This document shows positions 1 through 9,261 of a stretch of DNA of 64,000 bases, one piece after another. The first letter of the stretch is position 1, and the number at the start of each line of letters is the position of its first letter. Source of the stretch: an uncultured Verrucomicrobiae bacterium (GTDB lineage Bacteria > Verrucomicrobiota > Verrucomicrobiia > Chthoniobacterales > UBA10450). Made by a program: the position numbers and the translations under genes. Where the stretch lies: assembly GCA_963726745.1 (NCBI GenBank), contig CAVSDR010000005.1:108056-172055 (forward strand). The letters run 5' to 3'. Below the pieces are notes generated by a model, which did not search any database, was not told the DNA's origin, and worked only from the letters and a program-made list of their open reading frames with translations.

Positions 1-1579
1 TGCCGGGGTTGCGCCGCTTGGCCGAGGCGATCGCGCGCTCGATCACCGCGAGGTCTTCGTCGCTCACTTTTCCCTCGGGCGTGACGTAGGTCCGGTAGAC
101 CGGGAAGCAGGCGATCGTCTCGCGCACCGCGAGGCTGAGCTGGTCGAGCGTAAAGTCGCGGAACCAGCGGTTCTGTTCCGAAAGGCGGTCGAGTAAATTA
201 CCCAGCACTTTGACGTCGTTCGAAAGCGAAAGGCGCATGACCAGCCGCTTCTTCGCGTAAACCAGGTGCCCGAGGTGCATCGAGTGCCCGAGGAATTTCC
301 GGAAGGTTTTCGTGATCGCCTGCTCCGCGCTCGGGTCGCACAGGAGGCTGTTCACGATCCGGCCAAAGTCGTAGCCAGTGGTGCCGTGCACCGGCCAATC
401 GGTCGGCAAACGCTCCGGGCCGGAGAGGATTTTTTCGACCACGAGGTAAAGCGCGCGTCCGTCTTCCGGCAGCGCAATCCCGAGCGCCTCCGCGGAGCGC
501 TGCTGCAGCTTCGCGAAATATTCCTTCGGCAGGTAAAGGCCGTCCGGGTGATCGATCCGCAAGCCGGTGACCGCCCCTTCCTTGACCAGCTCGAGCACGA
601 GCTGGTGAGTCGCATCGAACACTTCCGGGAGCTCCATCCGGATGGCCGCGAGATCGTTGATGTCGAAGAAGCGGCGGTAGTTGATCTCCTCCGCGGCCAC
701 GCGCCAGAAGGCGAGCCGGTAAGCCTGGTCGTTCAGGAGCTCATCGAGCGCGTCAAAACTGCGGGCCTCGCCGGGTGTGCCGTTGATTTTAGCCAGCGCT
801 TTCTCGATCGCCTCGCGCACGGGCGCGGCTTCGCTGCAACGCCGCTCGAGCCGGCGTTTGACGATCTCTTTTTCGCGGGCGCGAATGGCCACGCGCTCGG
901 GATCGGTCTCGCTCCGGCGCGGGAGATTCTCCAGCGCGGTGATGATGCTCTGGAACTCGGCGTAAAAGATCTCCTCCTTGTGCGGCTCCAGCTCTTCGAG
1001 CGCGAGATTGAGCACGTGCCGGTAAGTGCCGGGCGCGATCGGGAATTGGTTCTCGAAGTAATGGAGGAAAAACGCGCCGCTGTCGTACTTCACCTGGAGC
1101 TCACCGCGCTCGAGCACGCGTCCGTATTGGTCGCCCAAAATAGGCAGCAGGACCTTGTCCCAGAGGTCCTGCTTCAGCGGCTTCCAGTCGATGTCGAAAA
1201 AGGGCGCGTAGGTCGAGCTCGGGCCGTTCTCGAGCACATCCATCCACCATTGATTGAGCGGCTCGCCCACGCCCATGTGGTTCGGCACGAAGTCGAGCAC
1301 CTGGCCCATCCCGCGCTCGCGCAGCGCGTCCACGAAGGCGTCGTATTCCGCGCGTGTGCCGATGGCGGCGTTGAGCTTGTTGTGATCGGTGATGTCGTAG
1401 CCGTGCAGGCTCTCCGCGCGCGCCTGGAAGTAGGGCGAGGCGTAGCAATCGCTGATCCCGAGCTCGTCGAGATAGGGCACGATTTCGCGCGCCTGGTTGA
1501 AGGTGAAATGCCGGTTGAATTGCAACCGGTAGGTCGAGGTCGGGATGCGCGGGTGTTCGGGATTCACGGAAGTAGGCAT
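1..1579 (-). CDS. treY: malto-oligosyltrehalose synthase (TreY, GH13), N-terminal ~526 codons; C-terminus lies beyond the window start
   Basis: Not in the ORF track because it is open to the window edge. My reverse-strand translation from ATG at 1579 reads [70 protein letters not shown]...[10 protein letters not shown], the canonical TreY N-terminus. The 266..1654 + ORF is its antisense shadow. Confidence 0.85.
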   Translation of the reverse strand, partial: MPTSVNPEHPRIPTSTYRLQFNRHFTFNQAREIVPYLDELGISDCYASPYFQARAESLHGYDITDHNKLNAAIGTRAEYDAFVDALRERGMGQVLDFVPNHMGVGEPLNQWWMDVLENGPSSTYAPFFDIDWKPLKQDLWDKVLLPILGDQYGRVLERGELQVKYDSGAFFLHYFENQFPIAPGTYRHVLNLALEELEPHKEEIFYAEFQSIITALENLPRRSETDPERVAIRAREKEIVKRRLERRCSEAAPVREAIEKALAKINGTPGEARSFDALDELLNDQAYRLAFWRVAAEEINYRRFFDINDLAAIRMELPEVFDATHQLVLELVKEGAVTGLRIDHPDGLYLPKEYFAKLQQRSAEALGIALPEDGRALYLVVEKILSGPERLPTDWPVHGTTGYDFGRIVNSLLCDPSAEQAITKTFRKFLGHSMHLGHLVYAKKRLVMRLSLSNDVKVLGNLLDRLSEQNRWFRDFTLDQLSLAVRETIACFPVYRTYVTPEGKVSDEDLAVIERAIASAKRRNPG

Positions 1580-1665
1580 GGTAGCACAGCCAATCGAGCG
1601 CGGCGCGCCGGCTGCGCGCACGAAAACCTCGTCAGCCACCGTGCGCTCGGGTAAGATCGCGCACC

Positions 1666-3303
1666 ATGAGATGCTTCCGCGGTGGCGTGGTTCTTGGGCT
1701 GGCCGCCCTGGCCATGCCCTCGCTGGCAGCCGAGGAGCACGCGGGCCACAGCTCGTTAGGCAAAGTAGATTTCCCGGTCAGCTGTTCGCCGGCGGCGCAG
1801 GAGGAGTTCACCCACGCGGTCTCGCTGCTCCATCACATGACCTATCCGCAGGCGCGCGCGGCGTTTCAGCAAGCGATGAAAACCGACCCGTCCTGCGCGT
1901 TGGCGCAATGGGGCTTCGCGATGACGCTCTTCCAGCCGCTTTGGCCCACGCGCCCCAGCCCGGCAGCGCTGCAAGCTGGCTGGGAAGCGGTGCAAAAAGC
2001 ACAGACGCTGGACGCGCCCACGGCCCGCGAGCGCGCCTTCATCGCGGCGGCGGCGGCGTTCTTCGAGGAACCGCAGGCGGACGATTATTGGGCGCGCATC
2101 CGCCGTTGGGAAGCAGCCATGGCGAAGGCCTACGCGGCCTTTCCGGAGGACGATGAAGTGGCTGCCTTTTATGCGCTGGCCCACCTGGCGACGGCGCCGG
2201 CCGACACCATCTCGCGCGAGCATGCCGATCGCGCGGCCGCGATTCTCCTGCGGCTCTACAGGAAGAATCCCGAGCATCCCGGCGCGATGCATTACCTGGT
2301 GCACGCAAACGACGTGCCCGGCCGCGAACGCGAGTCGCTCGAGATCACGCGCCGCTACGAGTCGATCGCGCCCAACAACCCGCACGCGCTCCACATGCCC
2401 ACGCATATCTACACGCGGCTGGGCGATTGGGACGGGGTGGTGCGGGGCAACTTGAAGGCGGCGGAAGCGGCGCTGGCCCACCCGGCGGGCGAGCGCCAGG
2501 AGTATGTCTGGGACGAGTTTGCCCACGCGATCGAATACCTGGTCTACGCCGATCTGCAGAAAGGCGACGATGCCGCCGCGGCCGCGCAATTAAATCGGCT
2601 GCACGGGACGCCGCAACTCGAGCCGAGCTTCAAGACGGCGTTCCATCTCGCCTCGACCCGGACGCGTTATGCGCTGGAGCGCCGGGATTGGGCCGAGGCC
2701 GCAAAGCTGGCCGCGCGTGAGCCCGCCGCGCTGCCGTGGGATCGCTATCCCTGGGCGGAAGCGATCGCGCGTTTCGGGCATGGCCTGGGCGCGGCGCATC
2801 TGGGCGAACTCGACGCGGCCAAGGCCGACATCGCGCGCTTGCGAGCGCTCGAAGAGGTGGCGAAAGCATCCGGCGAGGAACTCTTCCAGCGGCACATTCG
2901 CGTGGCCCGCCTGGAACTGGAAGGCTGGAGCGCGCAGGTCGCCGGCGAAGGCGAGCGCAGCCTCGCGCTCCTCCGGGAAGCCGCCGAGCTGGAAAGCGCC
3001 ACGCCGAAACATCCGGTCACGCCCGGCCCGACGCTCCCGGCACACGAGTTGTTAGGCGACTTGCTCCTGGAACAGGGCGCGCCGGCCGCGGCGGCGGCGG
3101 CTTACCAGCGTTCGCTCGAGCTTTACCCGCGCCGCCTGAACAGCCTCCTCGGGGCCGCACGCGCCTCCGCCGCGGCCGGCGATGGCGCCGCCGCGCGGAA
3201 ATTTTACCAGCAACTTGTGGCCCTCGCCGGCCAGGGCACGCGCCGCGCGCCGCTCGCAGAAGCGGAAAAATTTCTCGCCGCAGGCGAAACCGCGTCTCGT
3301 TAG
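1666..3303 (+). CDS. secreted TPR-like repeat protein, function unknown
   Basis: 545 aa ORF with a signal-like N-terminus (MRCFRGGVVLGLAALAMPSLAAEE). Helical repeat/TPR-like C-terminal half (e.g. AAAAYQRSLELYPRRLNSLLGAARASAAAGDGAAARKFYQQL). Its TAG stop lies inside a CTCGTTAG motif copy. Confidence 0.6.
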   Translation: MRCFRGGVVLGLAALAMPSLAAEEHAGHSSLGKVDFPVSCSPAAQEEFTHAVSLLHHMTYPQARAAFQQAMKTDPSCALAQWGFAMTLFQPLWPTRPSPAALQAGWEAVQKAQTLDAPTARERAFIAAAAAFFEEPQADDYWARIRRWEAAMAKAYAAFPEDDEVAAFYALAHLATAPADTISREHADRAAAILLRLYRKNPEHPGAMHYLVHANDVPGRERESLEITRRYESIAPNNPHALHMPTHIYTRLGDWDGVVRGNLKAAEAALAHPAGERQEYVWDEFAHAIEYLVYADLQKGDDAAAAAQLNRLHGTPQLEPSFKTAFHLASTRTRYALERRDWAEAAKLAAREPAALPWDRYPWAEAIARFGHGLGAAHLGELDAAKADIARLRALEEVAKASGEELFQRHIRVARLELEGWSAQVAGEGERSLALLREAAELESATPKHPVTPGPTLPAHELLGDLLLEQGAPAAAAAAYQRSLELYPRRLNSLLGAARASAAAGDGAAARKFYQQLVALAGQGTRRAPLAEAEKFLAAGETASR

Positions 3304-6300
3304 CCGCGCGTGCGCGCCTTGCGCCAGCGAGCGACCAGAAGCAGCGCCGTGCCCGCGACCGCGAGGGCCGCGGGAGCGGGCTCGGGGACGAGGAGAGTGT
3401 TGGCGGCGGAAGCGTTGAAGCCGAAGGAATCGCCCACCGTGGTCGCGGTCAGCGAAAGCGAAAATTGGAGATCAAGGGTGCCGTTTACGCCGGTCCCGAT
3501 CGCGCCCAGGTCGACGACGGTGCCGTCGAAAAACGAGATCGCGCTGCTGAGCGTGGTGAAGCTTTGGTCGACCACCACAAGGTTCTCGCGCAGGACCTGG
3601 AGCGTGAGCGAATGGAAGCCGCCGCCGGTGAATTGCGGCGCGAAAAATCCGAGCTTGAGCTGGTGCTGCGCCGGAAGCTGCGCGAGGTCGATCGAGAAAG
3701 TGATCTCGCTGGCAAAAGTACGCGGCGCTCCCGAGCCATCGGCGGGATAACCGCCCGCGAGGAATAACTGCGCCAGCGTATCGGCGCCGAAGGGCCCGCC
3801 CGCGGCAGTGGGCAGGCCGGTGGCAAAGGCCGCGGCTTCGAGCTGGTTTGCGAGCATCGGTGAAGGCGCTGGCTGCCCCACGGCGGCGCGCGCTTCGGTT
3901 TCGCTGGTGCTCCCGACCGGCGCGCTCGCCACTGCCTGGATGGTGGTGATGGCGCCGCCGCTCGAACTCGCGCTGGAACTCGAGGTGCCGCTGCTGCCGG
4001 TGGCGCTGGCGTGGGCCAGGGCGCTGCCGCCTAACGAGTCGTTCCGCCCGGCGCCGCCCGTGGCGGTGGCGCTGGCGCTCACCTGTCCCAGGCCGGTGGC
4101 GCTGGCCTTCGCCGTGGCCGTGCCGCCGGCGCCGCTCGTGGTCATGCTCCCGCCGCGCAAGCCCCCGAGCCCGCCGGTGGCGGTGGCCTTCGCGAACACC
4201 GCGCTGGCCTGGCCGCTGGCGATCGCAGTGGAATGGGCGCTGCCGCCGTTCCCGCCGTGGCCGGTGCCATCGGAGATCGAACCGCCCGCGCCGCCTTGTG
4301 CCACATCCTCCGCGCTCGCGCTGCTCGCACCGAGCGCGGTCGCGCTGGAAGTGCTGGTGCCGCTGCCACCCGCGCCGGCCTGGCTGTTGCTCGCACCGGA
4401 GACCATTCCGCCGGCGCCGCCCAGACCCATGCCAAAGGCCTGGACCGCCTGCCCGTCGCCGGACGTCTGCGCGGTTGCGCTGGCCTCCCCGTCGCCCCCG
4501 TTTCCGCTATCAGATCCCAGGAAGGCGTTCCCGCCACTCCCGCCGCGCGCATTTGCATCGGCTCGGGCTGCGCCGCCGCTGTTCACGGAACTGGTGGTGG
4601 CAGTGCCGTTGGCTCCGCGACGCGAACTGCCGAGCGCCGCGCTGCGCATTCCGCCCGCGCCGCCAACGGCGAAAGTCTGGAGGTGGAGCAACCCACTGGT
4701 GTTCTTCGACCGGTTTAACGTGCTCTCCGCGGTCCCGCCGAAGCCCGCCGCGCCGGCCAAGGCGGAGCCGCCATTGCCGCCGGCGGCGACCTGGCTCAGG
4801 AGCACCGGGCCGGTGCTGTCGCCATCGAGCGCGTTGTTAATCGAGGCGGCGGCTCCGTGGCCCGCGGAGCCCATGCCGGAGGTGACACTGCCGCCGGTGC
4901 CGCCGGTTTGCGTGCCGCTGAGGTTCAGGGACGCGCCGCCGGTGGAAGTGGCGCTCACATTGCCGAGGACGGCCGTCGCCCCATCTCCCGCGGATGGTCC
5001 GTCGACGGTGTTGCCGCCCGCGCCGCCGGTGGCGGTGACGATGCCGGAGAGGGAAGAAGCGTTGTTGCTGGAAAGGGCGAGCGCCGCGGTTGCGCCCGCG
5101 CCGTGGGAGCCCGCCACATCCTGGCCCTCGCCGCCCGCGCCGCCCAAAGCGCTGACTATTCCGGTGAGCATTCCGCCAGCTGAGTTCGAGGCGGTGAGCG
5201 TGGAACTGGCCGCGCCCGCCTCTCCGGCCACGCTGCCCGCGCCTCGCGCCGCACCGCCGTCTCCGCCGGTTGCACTTTGCGTGAGCTGCAAGGCGCCCGC
5301 AGTCGCGCCGCTGACGGCATTGTGGATCGTGCTGCTGGCGCCGTTGCCGGCGGTGGCGCCAAAGTAGGCCGCGCCGCCCGCGCCGCCGATTTGGTTCGCG
5401 CTCGCGCTGACGTTGCCGCCGCCATTGGAATTTCCGCTCGCGCTCGCGTTCGCGCTGCCGCCCTGCCCGCCAAAGGTGCCGCCCCCGGCCGCCTGGCCGC
5501 CGCGGCCGCCCTCTGCGGTATTCGCGACCGTGACGTTCCCGCTGCCGGCCGTGCTGCCGGTGCCGCCGGCGGTCGCCTGCCCGCCCGCGCCTCCGCTGCC
5601 CTGGCCAGTGTCGACTGCGGCTACGCCGCCGCCGGTGCCGCCGGTGGCCGTGGTGGAAAGGGAGGCGAGGTTGCCGTCGGCCGTGACGGTGCCGGTGACG
5701 ACGGCCTCGCCGCCGCTGCCGCCATGAGTGGTCGTCGCGCCGGTCGCGATCGCGCCGCCCAAGCCGCCGGTCGCGAGACCGATGGCGGCAGCGGGATTGC
5801 TCGCGCCACTGGCCGTGGCCATCGCGCTGCTGCTGGCCTTCCCGCCGGCGCCGCCATGGCTGCCGCCAAATCCTTGGCCGCCCATGCCGCCGTATGCCTC
5901 CGCATTGGCGCGGGCCAGGCCGGCGTCGTTGGTCGAGTTGGCGATTGCGGTCGCCTGGCCGGCGGCGCTTGCGGTGCCGGTGCCGGAATGGAGTGCGCCG
6001 CCGTTACCGGAAGTGGCGGCGGTGTTAATCGTGAGCCCGGCAAAGCCGCTCAAGCCCGTTTGGCTGCGCGTGAGCGAGCTAAACGCGTCGCCGGCAGCGC
6101 CCGCGGCGGAATACCCCGCGCCGCCGGAACCGCCGCCGACGGTTTGGTTGAGCGTGACGCTTCCGCCACTGGCCGCGTGGCCATCGATGGCGTCGACTAA
6201 ATGGACCGACGCGCCCTTGCCGCCCACGCCGCCGGGCGAGATCGCGTGGCCGCCGTTGCCGCCCTGGGCGGAGAGAATCACCAGGGCCTGACCTTCGGCC

Positions 6301-6980
6301 GCGCTGGAAGTGGCGGCGATCTCGCCAAGCGTAATGCCTGCGCCATCGCCGCCGATGCCGCCGGGCGAATTGAGATCGCCCAGGACAGAGCCCCCGTTGC
6401 CTCCGGCGAGGGTGACATTCACGAGCGCGTGGCCCGCGCTGTTCAACGCCGTCGCGCTGGCGGTAGCCGCGCCGCCGTGACCGCCGTTGCCGTTGGTCCC
6501 GGCGAGACCGGGCGATGATGCGCCGGCGCCCCCGCCGCCGCCATGGCCGCCAGCGCCGCCCACGGACTGAACGGTCGCCTGGGCGCCGCCAGCAAATGCT
6601 CCGCTGGTGCTGGCCGTGCCCGAGGCGGTTCCGCCATTGGCGCCATTTCCGCCCATGCCGCCCCCGCCGCTCGGCGGAATGCCGCTGCCGCCATTTCCTC
6701 CGTTCCCGCCTTTGCCGCCGAAGGCGGTCGCGGAATTGCTCGAGTCGGCGGGATTATTTGCGGTCGCGTTTGCGTCTCCGCCCGGGGTGCCCGGGCCGCC
6801 GGCCATGCCGGTGCCGGGTCCGCCCGCCGTTCCATCCATGCCCGGCGGGCCGGTATCCACTACATCCGCGGCTCGGGCCGGGAGCAAAAAAAAGGCGCTG
6901 GCGAGAACCAGCGCAAAGGCTTGAACCGGACGCAGCGACGAACCGCGCCGGGGGGAACCGACAAGCTTCCGTGACAGCAT
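3300..6980 (-). CDS. giant Gly/Ala/Ser/Thr-rich repeat protein with PEP-CTERM sorting signal
   Basis: 1226 aa with an N-terminal signal-like segment (..AFALVLASAFFLLPARAADV). About 1000 aa of low-complexity repeats with recurring (A/T/Q)GGxGG units, then a ~190 aa non-repetitive C-terminal domain. It ends VPEPAPAALAVAGTALLLVARWRKARTRG (PEP motif + TM helix + basic tail). Confidence 0.75.
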   Translation of the reverse strand: MLSRKLVGSPRRGSSLRPVQAFALVLASAFFLLPARAADVVDTGPPGMDGTAGGPGTGMAGGPGTPGGDANATANNPADSSNSATAFGGKGGNGGNGGSGIPPSGGGGMGGNGANGGTASGTASTSGAFAGGAQATVQSVGGAGGHGGGGGAGASSPGLAGTNGNGGHGGAATASATALNSAGHALVNVTLAGGNGGSVLGDLNSPGGIGGDGAGITLGEIAATSSAAEGQALVILSAQGGNGGHAISPGGVGGKGASVHLVDAIDGHAASGGSVTLNQTVGGGSGGAGYSAAGAAGDAFSSLTRSQTGLSGFAGLTINTAATSGNGGALHSGTGTASAAGQATAIANSTNDAGLARANAEAYGGMGGQGFGGSHGGAGGKASSSAMATASGASNPAAAIGLATGGLGGAIATGATTTHGGSGGEAVVTGTVTADGNLASLSTTATGGTGGGVAAVDTGQGSGGAGGQATAGGTGSTAGSGNVTVANTAEGGRGGQAAGGGTFGGQGGSANASASGNSNGGGNVSASANQIGGAGGAAYFGATAGNGASSTIHNAVSGATAGALQLTQSATGGDGGAARGAGSVAGEAGAASSTLTASNSAGGMLTGIVSALGGAGGEGQDVAGSHGAGATAALALSSNNASSLSGIVTATGGAGGNTVDGPSAGDGATAVLGNVSATSTGGASLNLSGTQTGGTGGSVTSGMGSAGHGAAASINNALDGDSTGPVLLSQVAAGGNGGSALAGAAGFGGTAESTLNRSKNTSGLLHLQTFAVGGAGGMRSAALGSSRRGANGTATTSSVNSGGAARADANARGGSGGNAFLGSDSGNGGDGEASATAQTSGDGQAVQAFGMGLGGAGGMVSGASNSQAGAGGSGTSTSSATALGASSASAEDVAQGGAGGSISDGTGHGGNGGSAHSTAIASGQASAVFAKATATGGLGGLRGGSMTTSGAGGTATAKASATGLGQVSASATATGGAGRNDSLGGSALAHASATGSSGTSSSSASSSGGAITTIQAVASAPVGSTSETEARAAVGQPAPSPMLANQLEAAAFATGLPTAAGGPFGADTLAQLFLAGGYPADGSGAPRTFASEITFSIDLAQLPAQHQLKLGFFAPQFTGGGFHSLTLQVLRENLVVVDQSFTTLSSAISFFDGTVVDLGAIGTGVNGTLDLQFSLSLTATTVGDSFGFNASAANTLLVPEPAPAALAVAGTALLLVARWRKARTRG

Positions 6981-7086
6981 GATTGCCCTCCTGGTTTAGT
7001 GGCAGCCGGTTGCGATTTTAGGGAGCGCGCCGCGCGCTGGCAAGCCTCCGCTCGCTTTCTCCGGCGACGGCGGCTACTCCATCGGC

Positions 7087-7878
7087 ATGGCAATTGTCGG
7101 ACGCGTGGCAAGCTTGTGGCGTTATCCTGTGAAGAGCATGCGCGGCGAGCAGATGCCGGAGCTTTTCGTGAGCTACGCCGGGGTTTACGGCGATCGCTTG
7201 TTCGCCTTCCTGAGCGCGGGAAATCCCGCCGGCTTTCCGTTCCTCACCGGGCGCGATCAACCGCAGCTCCTGCGCTGTCGCGCGCGTTTCCGGCATCCGG
7301 AAAAAGCCGCGCGCCCGGTAAATCAACGCGCAGCCGAAGCGCTCTCGCCGATGATCAATCCGGTGACCGCAAGTGCAGCGGACTTGATGGTGGACGTAGA
7401 AACACCGGACGGGCAAACCTTCGCGATCGACGATCCGAAATTAGCCGACACTCTCTGCGCCGGGCTCGCGGAGAAGCACACGCTCACACTCCTGCGTTCC
7501 GACAAAGCGCTGACTGATTGCCGGCCGCTCTCGCTCTTCTCGCTTGGGACCGCGCGCCAGCTCGGCGACGAGGCCGGGATGGCGATCGATCCGCGCCGCT
7601 TCCGCGCGAATGTTTGCCTCGAGCTGGAGAGCGGCGCCGGCTTCGCTGAAGATCACTTCGTCGGCAAAAGCTTGCGCCTCGGGGCCAAGGTCATCGTCTC
7701 CGTGCTCGCGCGCGACGGCCGTTGCATGATGATCACGCTCGATCCCGATACCGCCGTGAAGACGCCGGCTATTTTAAAGCAAGTCGCGCAGGCGCACGAA
7801 GGCAAAGCCGGCGTCTACGGCGCCATCCTCGCCGAGGGCATCATCCGCCAGGGCGACCCGGTCGAGTTACTCGATTAA
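7087..7878 (+). CDS. MOSC domain-containing protein (YcbX-like; N-terminal beta-barrel + MOSC)
   Basis: 263 aa. MAIVGRVASLWRYPVKSMRGEQM...VYGDRLFAF is the typical MOSC_N start, and the C-terminal part (RFRANVCLE...GRCMMITLDPDT) is MOSC-like. Confidence 0.75.
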   Translation: MAIVGRVASLWRYPVKSMRGEQMPELFVSYAGVYGDRLFAFLSAGNPAGFPFLTGRDQPQLLRCRARFRHPEKAARPVNQRAAEALSPMINPVTASAADLMVDVETPDGQTFAIDDPKLADTLCAGLAEKHTLTLLRSDKALTDCRPLSLFSLGTARQLGDEAGMAIDPRRFRANVCLELESGAGFAEDHFVGKSLRLGAKVIVSVLARDGRCMMITLDPDTAVKTPAILKQVAQAHEGKAGVYGAILAEGIIRQGDPVELLD

Positions 7879-8243
7879 GCCGTCGCCTTGAGGCTTTCGC
7901 ACTTCGCCTCATAGCGCTCGATCAAGGCAGTCAGCTTCGTCTGGAAGCCATCCTGCGCGCCGTAGACTTCGCCGATTGCATCGGAGAATTCCTTTTGCTT
8001 GAGCTCGTCCTCCACCTCGAGGGTCAAGCCGGCGAGCGTCTCGATGTTGGCCCGCGAGTGGAACTCCATCTCCTTGAGCTTCGAGAGGACAGCGACGGAT
8101 TTCTCCAGCTCGCCCGGAGCAGCCGCAGCCTGCGGGGCCTCTTCGGCGGCGTCGGTCTTAGCCTTCGGCTCCTCGGCGGCTTTCTCGTGTTCCTTTTCCT
8201 GGGCGACCTTCTTATCGTGCGCGACGTTTCGTGGATCTGACAT
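7875..8243 (-). CDS. small acidic coiled-coil protein, unknown function
   Basis: Internal ATG at 8243 of ORF 7875..8450, preceded by GGAGAAGG (Shine-Dalgarno-like). MSDPRNVAHDKKVAQEKEHEKAAEEPKAK... The upstream part of the long ORF looks non-coding. Its stop overlaps the MOSC stop (TTAA at 7875-7878). Confidence 0.5.
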   Translation of the reverse strand: MSDPRNVAHDKKVAQEKEHEKAAEEPKAKTDAAEEAPQAAAAPGELEKSVAVLSKLKEMEFHSRANIETLAGLTLEVEDELKQKEFSDAIGEVYGAQDGFQTKLTALIERYEAKCESLKATA

Positions 8244-8437
8244 CCTTCTCCATACACCGGTTAGCTCGCCCCCGCTTGGAAGAGTGGTCTGCCCGCGGGT
8301 GGGATCGCCGGGGCTTGTCGATTTCGATCGCCGCGCACGCACGCGAGGATCGAGGCCTTGCCGGAGACAAACTTGCGGTGTCTTCCGGCATTCCGCGGTG
8401 GACTTGTGAGCGGCGAACTTGCGTAATTCCACTTCAA

Positions 8438-9250
8438 ATGAGCAATCCAAACAAAGCCCTCTGGGAGAAAGGCGACTTCACCCGCATCGCGGCGACCATG
8501 CGCGAGAGCGGGGCGGAATTGGTCCGGCGGATCGGGATCGGGAAAGGGGACAAAGTCCTCGAGCTCGGCTGCGGCGATGGCACCACCGCGATTCCCGCGG
8601 CGCAGCTCGGCGCGGAAGTTCTCGGCGTGGATATAGCCAGCAACCTGGTCGCCGCGGGCCACGCGCGCGCCGCCAAGCTGGGACTGGCAAATTGCCGCTT
8701 CCAGGAAGGCGATGCCTCGAAGCTCGACGGCCTGCCGGATGACACCTTCGATTACGTCGTCAGCATCTTCGGCGCGATGTTCGCCCCGCGTCCGTTCGAT
8801 GTCGCCAAGGAGATGGTCCGCGTAACCCGGCCCGGCGGGAAGATCGTCATGGGCAACTGGATTCCCGGCGACCCGACGTTGGTCGCGCAGATCCTTCGGA
8901 TCAGCTCCGCCTACACCGCACCGCCGCCGGAAGGATTCGTTAGTCCGATGACCTGGGGCCTCGAGGAGCACGTGCGCGAGCGCTTTGCCGCGGCCGGCAT
9001 CGCCCCGGAAAACATCTCCTTCATTCGCGAGTCGTTCACCTTCCGCTTCGACGGCCCGCCGGCCGGCTTGGTCGACGCCTTCAAGACCTACTACGGCCCA
9101 ACGATGAACGCCTTCGAAGCCGCGGAAAAGAACGGCCGCGCCGCCGAGTTGCAGCGCGAGCTGGAGGAACTCTTCGTTAGCCAGAACCAGGCTAAGAATA
9201 ATGCCACCGAAATCGCCGCCACTTTTCTACGAGTGACGGTGCAACGGTAA
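8438..9250 (+). CDS. class I SAM-dependent methyltransferase
   Basis: ATG at 8438 inside ORF 8231..9250. Motif I is VLELGCGDGTTAIPAAQLGAEVLGVDIA, followed by FDYVVSIFGAMF. Confidence 0.8.
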   Translation: MSNPNKALWEKGDFTRIAATMRESGAELVRRIGIGKGDKVLELGCGDGTTAIPAAQLGAEVLGVDIASNLVAAGHARAAKLGLANCRFQEGDASKLDGLPDDTFDYVVSIFGAMFAPRPFDVAKEMVRVTRPGGKIVMGNWIPGDPTLVAQILRISSAYTAPPPEGFVSPMTWGLEEHVRERFAAAGIAPENISFIRESFTFRFDGPPAGLVDAFKTYYGPTMNAFEAAEKNGRAAELQRELEELFVSQNQAKNNATEIAATFLRVTVQR

Positions 9251-9261
9251 CGGCGGCCCCG

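Noticed and set aside
266-1654. 462-aa + strand ORF covering the start of the window
   Set aside because: Its translation is Arg/Ala/Val/Glu-rich with no motifs. The opposite strand encodes an unmistakable TreY N-terminus in the same interval. This is a typical antisense shadow ORF of high-GC DNA.
3808-6982. Multiple long ORFs in other frames and strands across the Gly-rich gene (e.g. 3808..5367 +, 5277..6200 +, 4298..4840 +)
   Set aside because: They are Pro/Ala/Arg-rich translations of GGN/GCN repeats in alternative frames. Only the 3300..6980 minus frame has a signal peptide, a coherent repeat unit and a PEP-CTERM end.
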